Assembly: GCA_964557535.1 (NCBI GenBank) | Contig: CAZLAD010000003.1 | Location: forward strand, 89,671-153,670 | Source: an uncultured Candidatus Saccharibacteria bacterium | GTDB taxonomy: Bacteria; Patescibacteriota; Minisyncoccia; Phycocordibacterales; CSBR16-119 | Length of the DNA stretch: 64,000 nt | Reading direction: 5' to 3' | Part shown: one piece after another, positions 58,777 to 64,000 of the stretch | How the letters are laid out: each line of letters begins with the position of its first letter | Position numbering within the stretch: position 1 is the stretch's first letter | The notes under the pieces: generated by a model | What the model was told of the DNA's origin: nothing | Seen by the model: the letters and a program-made list of their open reading frames with translations, nothing else | The model's database searches: none | Translations under genes and position numbers: made by a program

Positions 58777-60660
58777 ATGAGTACAAATTTTAAGAAAATC
58801 GTAGCTTCTTTGGTTCTCGGAGTTGTCGTCCTTGCTGGCGCAGCACCTGCTAAGGCTGCTACTATCGCTGAATTGCAGGCAATGATTGCTACTTTGACAG
58901 CGCAGCTTGCTGCTTTGTCAGGTGGATCAACATCATCTGCTTGCTATACACACACAGGAACATTGATGGTTGGCTCAAAAGGAGCTTCTGTTATGGCTAT
59001 GCAATCAATCGTCGGCGCTACAGCTGACGGAAACTTTGGTCCTATGACTAAAGCTAAAGTCATGGCTTTCCAAGCTTCAAAAGGCTTGATGGCTGACGGC
59101 GTTGTTGGAGCTATGACAGGTGCAGCTCTAGCTGCTACTTGTTCAACACCAACACCAGGAACAACAAATCCAGTTGGATCAACTGATCTAGATGGAACTG
59201 ATGGTGCAATCCAACTTGTTACTGAGCTTACACAGTACGCTTCAGAAGAGGTTGGTGAAGGACAGGACGATGTAGAAGTTCTTGGTTTTGACCTTGAAAC
59301 TACAAACGATGGAGACATCCTCGTCCGATCAGTAAAGGTAAGTTTCGACCCAGCTGGAAACACTGGATCTGACAACCTTGATGATTACCTTACAAAGGTA
59401 TCAGTTTGGATGGATGGTGAAGAAGTTGGATCAGCAGACGTTGAGGACTTTTCACAGGACTCTTCTGACATCTGGTCTAAGGTCATTAACCTTTCAGACG
59501 CTGTTGTTCAGTCAGACTCAACAGAAGAATTCGTAGTTGCTGTTGATAGTGCAAACACTATCGACTCAGGCGATATCTCTGGAGACTCTTGGACAGTTGA
59601 TATCGAAAACATCCGATACGAAGATGGATCTGGAGTTGTCACAACTGACACTGATGGAGAAATCAACGGCATGGATGTTCCAATATCATTCGTTACATTC
59701 TCTGCTGCTTCTGATACAGAGCTAAAACTCTCTACTCATGAAGACAACCCAGAGGCTGGAATCGTTGTTGCTTCAAACACTGGAACAACTGACGACGTCC
59801 TACTTCTAAAGGGAGAACTTGAACTAGACGGTGATTCAGATGTTACTATCGATGAACTTCCAGTAACATTTGCTCCAACTACTTCAAACTTCAACACAAT
59901 GGTAACTTCAATCAAGCTCGTTCTTGATGGTGAAGAATACAGTGAATCAGTACCATCTATCGCAGCTGGTGCAACTGCATCTATTACTTTCAACGACCTT
60001 GATTTCACAATCGATGCCGGTGATACAGTAGTATTGGAAGTTATTGCAGAAATCGCTGATACAGATGACTTTACAGCTGGTTCAACAATCACAGCTTCAG
60101 TTACTTCAACTAACCGAGGTGCTATGGATGTTGAAAACGAGCAGGGTGATAACCTTGCCGCTGGCGAGAAGTCTGGAACTATCGGTGGTGAAGCTCTAGA
60201 ATTCCGTGCAAATGGAATCGTAGTTGATCTTATCGGTACACCTACAGCTACAAAGAGCTCAAGTGACTCAGATAACGGAGACACTGCTACATTTGAAATC
60301 AAATTCAAAGTAACAGCTGTTGGAGATGATATGTACATTGCAACAACAGCTTCTACGGCTGGCGCAATGAACAATCTTTACTCTGTTGACTACTCTGGTA
60401 CAGCCACACTTACAGATGTGTCTGGTGTTCTTACAAACAACACTGATGCTACTGTAACTTCTGGCTTGTATATGATCGATGAAGGTGAGAGTGAGAACTT
60501 TACTCTTACTGTTCTACGAAGTCCATCAGCTACGGATGATCTATTCCGAGCAGCTCTCACTTCAATCAAGTGGGATGATGAGGCCGGAGACACAACTCCA
60601 GATAACAACTACACTACAAACCTTGACGAATTCAAGACTGGCTACGTCGCTCTTGACTAA
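58777..60660 (+). CDS. Secreted surface protein: signal peptide, coiled segment, peptidoglycan-binding (PG_binding_1-like) domain, long acidic T/D/E-rich beta region
   Basis: MAMQSIVGATADGNFGPMTKAKVMAFQASKGLMADGVVGAMT. Confidence 0.55.
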   Translation: MSTNFKKIVASLVLGVVVLAGAAPAKAATIAELQAMIATLTAQLAALSGGSTSSACYTHTGTLMVGSKGASVMAMQSIVGATADGNFGPMTKAKVMAFQASKGLMADGVVGAMTGAALAATCSTPTPGTTNPVGSTDLDGTDGAIQLVTELTQYASEEVGEGQDDVEVLGFDLETTNDGDILVRSVKVSFDPAGNTGSDNLDDYLTKVSVWMDGEEVGSADVEDFSQDSSDIWSKVINLSDAVVQSDSTEEFVVAVDSANTIDSGDISGDSWTVDIENIRYEDGSGVVTTDTDGEINGMDVPISFVTFSAASDTELKLSTHEDNPEAGIVVASNTGTTDDVLLLKGELELDGDSDVTIDELPVTFAPTTSNFNTMVTSIKLVLDGEEYSESVPSIAAGATASITFNDLDFTIDAGDTVVLEVIAEIADTDDFTAGSTITASVTSTNRGAMDVENEQGDNLAAGEKSGTIGGEALEFRANGIVVDLIGTPTATKSSSDSDNGDTATFEIKFKVTAVGDDMYIATTASTAGAMNNLYSVDYSGTATLTDVSGVLTNNTDATVTSGLYMIDEGESENFTLTVLRSPSATDDLFRAALTSIKWDDEAGDTTPDNNYTTNLDEFKTGYVALD

Positions 60661-60687
60661 CGTTACTGTTTGATAGCGTAAGCTGTT

Positions 60688-60768
60688 AAAAACAAAACCG
60701 CCCCGAAAGGGGCGGTTTTGTTTTGGGTAAAAAGAAATTTCGCCCCGCGTTTGACGCAGGGCGAAATT
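60688..60768. terminator. Two bidirectional terminator hairpins (aaaaccgcccc gaaa ggggcggtttt; aaatttcgccc..gggcgaaatt)
   Basis: Perfect stems between convergent genes. Confidence 0.6.
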
Positions 60769-60777
60769 AAATTTGTG

Positions 60778-61464
60778 CTATGGTGTGTAGCAACATCGAA
60801 AGCGGGCAGCTACCAGTGCTGGATCTATGTGGGTACGTTCATTACATGTATTGCTCCCCCAAACCTGAACAGCCTCGTTTCCTCCGATGTCATCAGTCCA
60901 TTCCCAATTTCCGACCATGTCTTGAAGAGGGGCTGACGCATTGATGTTGTCGACTGTTAAGGTTGAGTTCCTGCAGGCATGGTGCCACTCACCCCAAGTA
61001 CAGAGCCTGGCACCGATACTCATGCATGTGTCGTTAGCGTCATATCCATCTGAAATCGTCCTCTCATTCACCTCAATGCAGTAATTCCTCCCCGGCACCC
61101 TTACAAATCCAGGAGGACATGTTAGGGCAGGCGGAGGATCAGTTGTGGCGAGCAATCTCACCCACTGGACGCCATCCCAGTAGTAATATCCCGGTGTGAC
61201 GTTTGTCGGTACTGTCCCGGCCGTAGCGGTATTGTAGACCAGGAGAGATGTTGCGGGAGCAACCACCGGAGCCGGGACGTTTGTCGCGGTGAGGGCGAGA
61301 CGCGGGATCAAAAGCCCCTTTTTGTCATTTGCTGGTAGAGCGTTTGCGTCGACATCTAGGAGTGCACTAGGGTTTGGTGCGCCACCATCAGGATTGATTC
61401 CGATGTTCTGAGTGTAGGCTTTGGTGCTCAGCACGAACAGGAGAAAGGAGAGCAAGGTTTTCAT
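60778..61464 (-). CDS. Secreted protein with a Bacteroidetes-style signal peptide, a conserved N-terminal domain (GLLIPRLALTATN...LLVYNTATAG...GYYYWDGVQWV) and a C-terminal Cys-rich lectin-like domain; GC-rich island
   Basis: MKTLLSFLLFVLSTKAYTQ; A/C-rich leader accacaaaaaccagcaacATG. Confidence 0.5.
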   Translation of the reverse strand: MKTLLSFLLFVLSTKAYTQNIGINPDGGAPNPSALLDVDANALPANDKKGLLIPRLALTATNVPAPVVAPATSLLVYNTATAGTVPTNVTPGYYYWDGVQWVRLLATTDPPPALTCPPGFVRVPGRNYCIEVNERTISDGYDANDTCMSIGARLCTWGEWHHACRNSTLTVDNINASAPLQDMVGNWEWTDDIGGNEAVQVWGSNTCNERTHIDPALVAARFRCCYTP

Positions 61465-61560
61465 GTTGCTGGTTTTTGTGGTTCTTTTTCTCCTTCATTA
61501 TCTCAAATTATTGGTTTTTAACCAGCTTCCATTTTTCACAAAATTCGCTATACTTGACCT

Positions 61561-63579
61561 ATGTTTATAGAGGGAAAAAACAAGTTTGTAACGAAATTCA
61601 CCGAATGGGCACTGGTCATATTTATGGCTCTTTTCCCATTTGTTTTCTACATAAAATATCTTTATTACGGTACAGCATCACGATCTGTTAATTTGGTCAT
61701 TGTTGCTGAGATACTAGCCGTTGTTATAGGTCTCGTGCTTTTGTCTCGTGAGCGCAGGCTCAAGATTGCAAAATCTCCCATAACTATTGCATTATTTATT
61801 TTTCTAATAGCGCTCGTTATTTCGGCGTTTGCGGGAGTGGATTTCCATACTTCGTTTTGGTCTAGAGCAACGCGCATGACGGGAATATTTTATTTCTTGC
61901 ACATCGGTTTTTTCTATCTATGTCTTATGATGGTTTTACAGTCTGAAAAAGCCAAGAACGTACTTATAAAAACATTCTTGATATCTACCGCACTCTTTTC
62001 TGTGGGCGCTTTGTTGGGCAGAGATGGTCTCGGACTTATATTTTCTGAAAAGGCGTGGGAAGGATTTACGTTCGGTAACTCGAGTTTTGCTGCCATGTAT
62101 GTCTACGCTGCATTTATGCTTTCTTTTTATTATGTTTTTACTCTCGACGGTATAAAAAAGTGGTGGCACAAGCTTCTGCCTCTCGTCTATATCATTAATC
62201 CGTTTTTTATAAACAAGAATCTGTGGCTCGGCAAGATCAATGTTATCGATGATCCTCTTACAATTATCGGAGGTGCCCAAGCCTCAGCTGTAACTGCGAT
62301 TGTTTCTGTATGTGCGTTACTCGTCATTTATCTTATTTCAAAAATCAAATCTGTTAAGGCGCGGATGAGAACGTTTATCGTCGTGGCTGTGATTGGAGTA
62401 GCGGTGTTTGCCGGTGGCGTGTATTCATTTCTAACTCCTGGTCAATTCATTCACGAAGCATATTTAAACCAAGAAACCCCAGCGCGACCAATCGTCTGGG
62501 AATTATCAAAAAAATCCATATCAGAAAAGCCACTTCTCGGATGGGGGACCGATAACTTTGATCGAGCTTTTGAGGCAAATTATGACAATAGATTGTTGGA
62601 GCAGAAAAATGGTGCTGAGCCGTGGTTTGACCGCGCTCACAATATTTTTATAGATCAGACAGTAGAATCGGGTTATGTCGGTTTGGTCGCGTATCTCCTC
62701 GTGTATTTGGCTATTATCGTTTCAATGGGTTATGTCATGTGGAAGTCTTCGGATCGAAAAAACCAAGCTCTGGCCGCAGTGATAACGGTATATTTTGCCG
62801 GACACTTACTTGAACTTCAGACAGCCTTTGATACGAGTATTTCGTATGTTGCTGTGGTCTTTATGGCTGCCCTCGGAGCGTCGCTCTTTCATAAAGTCTA
62901 TGAAGAACACAAAAAAGAAAAGAGTGTAATTCTTGTGCCCGCTTTCGTAAGCCATGTCATTGGAGTAATCGTGATCACTGGTTTCGGATATTTGTTTGTC
63001 GTCGGTACAGTACCAATAGTAAGAGCAGAAAAAGCGAACGGCTATGTGCACGATATTGGTTCGAGTGAGAAACGTTTGGAAAGATATCCAGCACTATTTG
63101 GCTCGCCGGTTGATCCAGCCAGTTTCTTGTGGAGAACAGTATCAGATTTCCAACGAGGAATAGCTGAAAAGCCAGAAGTGTTAGAAGATCCGAAAAAGCG
63201 TGAGGCCTTTTTGAAAGAGGCAGAATTTTTCATAGCTCGATCTGAAGAATATCTTGCGCACAGGCCGGACGATTTCCGTATGCACTTAACGTTAGCCAAC
63301 ATGTATATCTATCAAAGGCTTTTAGGTGTCGATAATCTGGAAAAAGCGCACGAGGTATTAGATCGCGCTGAACAGTTGGTACCGAAATTCCCCCAAACAC
63401 ATTGGATGGATGCTGTGGCGTATTTATATCAAGCTAAATTCAAGCTCGCGCGCGATGCTGCTCGAAAGGCTTATGATTTAAATCCAGGTGTGGAGCAGAG
63501 CCGTAAAATTATCGATTACATTGAAACATCAACCAATACATTCCCTAACATAACCTTCTATAACTTCTGGCAGATTTAA
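61561..63579 (+). CDS. Polytopic membrane protein, O-antigen ligase (Wzy_C)-like N-terminal region with C-terminal TPR repeats
   Basis: About 11 TM helices, then TPR-like helical repeats. Confidence 0.5.
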   Translation: MFIEGKNKFVTKFTEWALVIFMALFPFVFYIKYLYYGTASRSVNLVIVAEILAVVIGLVLLSRERRLKIAKSPITIALFIFLIALVISAFAGVDFHTSFWSRATRMTGIFYFLHIGFFYLCLMMVLQSEKAKNVLIKTFLISTALFSVGALLGRDGLGLIFSEKAWEGFTFGNSSFAAMYVYAAFMLSFYYVFTLDGIKKWWHKLLPLVYIINPFFINKNLWLGKINVIDDPLTIIGGAQASAVTAIVSVCALLVIYLISKIKSVKARMRTFIVVAVIGVAVFAGGVYSFLTPGQFIHEAYLNQETPARPIVWELSKKSISEKPLLGWGTDNFDRAFEANYDNRLLEQKNGAEPWFDRAHNIFIDQTVESGYVGLVAYLLVYLAIIVSMGYVMWKSSDRKNQALAAVITVYFAGHLLELQTAFDTSISYVAVVFMAALGASLFHKVYEEHKKEKSVILVPAFVSHVIGVIVITGFGYLFVVGTVPIVRAEKANGYVHDIGSSEKRLERYPALFGSPVDPASFLWRTVSDFQRGIAEKPEVLEDPKKREAFLKEAEFFIARSEEYLAHRPDDFRMHLTLANMYIYQRLLGVDNLEKAHEVLDRAEQLVPKFPQTHWMDAVAYLYQAKFKLARDAARKAYDLNPGVEQSRKIIDYIETSTNTFPNITFYNFWQI

Positions 63580-63589
63580 AAATATCCTC

Positions 63590-64000
63590 ATGCACACTAA
63601 CAAACCGATTCTAGGATTAATCTTTACTAGAGGAATATCTCTCCAAATATGGGAAACCGTAGGGAACCTGTCCCGAGAGATAAAGCCGTACATTGAGCTT
63701 GCCAAAAGTTTTGAAAAAATTTATTTCTTCACGTATGGAAATAAAAAAGATCTTGCCTACAAGCATCTCTTGCCAGAGAATGTAAAAATAATTCCAAAAC
63801 CAGTCTTTATTCCTTCTGGGCTCTACGTGTTTTTGATGCCCATCGTGAAGCGTCAGTTGTTCAAAAAATTGCATATCATAAAAACGAACCAGATGGATGG
63901 TTCGTGGGCTGGAGTTATTGGAAAATTGTTGTTCAATAAAAAATTAGTTGTCAGGTGTGGGTATGAGTGGCTTGATTTCGTTATCCAGAGCAAACGTAGT
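63590..64000 (+). CDS. 5'-partial ORF running off the window end, possibly a glycosyltransferase
   Basis: Open frame from the ATG at 63590 with no stop before the window end. Confidence 0.3.
   Translation, partial: MHTNKPILGLIFTRGISLQIWETVGNLSREIKPYIELAKSFEKIYFFTYGNKKDLAYKHLLPENVKIIPKPVFIPSGLYVFLMPIVKRQLFKKLHIIKTNQMDGSWAGVIGKLLFNKKLVVRCGYEWLDFVIQSKRS

Noticed and set aside
1-64000. CRISPR arrays, rRNA genes
   Set aside because: No regularly spaced short direct repeats and no rRNA-like conserved segments seen. The only tandem repeats are coding (NHL, beta-propeller, Cys-repeats).

Overview
AT-rich backbone typical of a Candidate Phyla Radiation (Patescibacteria/Parcubacteria-like) genome: rpsL-rpsG-fusA, secE-nusG-rplK and rpsF-ssb-rpsR blocks; ArgRS, IleRS, a eukaryote/archaea-type GlyRS and MetRS; a folA/thyA/glyA/dcd thymidylate cluster; recO, recA, ftsK, ndk, adk, map; and giant secreted proteins built from repeats. 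rplA and rplI are absent at their canonical positions after rplK and rpsR. No rRNA, tRNA or CRISPR array could be identified. Embedded in this backbone are at least eight short islands with visibly higher G+C. Their contents include a protein with a Bacteroidetes-type T9SS C-terminal sorting domain, a PNP/MTAP-family phosphorylase and a Bacteroidetes-like secreted lectin-like protein. Most island genes have an A/C-rich, G-poor leader directly upstream of the ATG, and several end in a GC-stem terminator with a UUCG tetraloop. The most unusual features are non-coding. (1) A family of conserved, structured ~120-nt 5' leader elements with four full copies and one partial copy. Each ends exactly at a start codon (secE, a T4CP-like ATPase, a membrane protein, a beta-CASP RNase, glyA), and a long-range stem that covaries between copies encloses the region just 5' of the ATG. 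(2) Two families of ~135-nt intergenic palindromic elements with compensatory stem changes; family A sits exactly where rplA and rplI would normally be. (3) An in-frame histidine-phosphatase (PGAM-like) domain inserted into the catalytic core of IleRS. Two giant surface proteins also share a C-terminal TM / CarbopepD-like / TM anchor module and Cys-bracketed 22-aa repeats.
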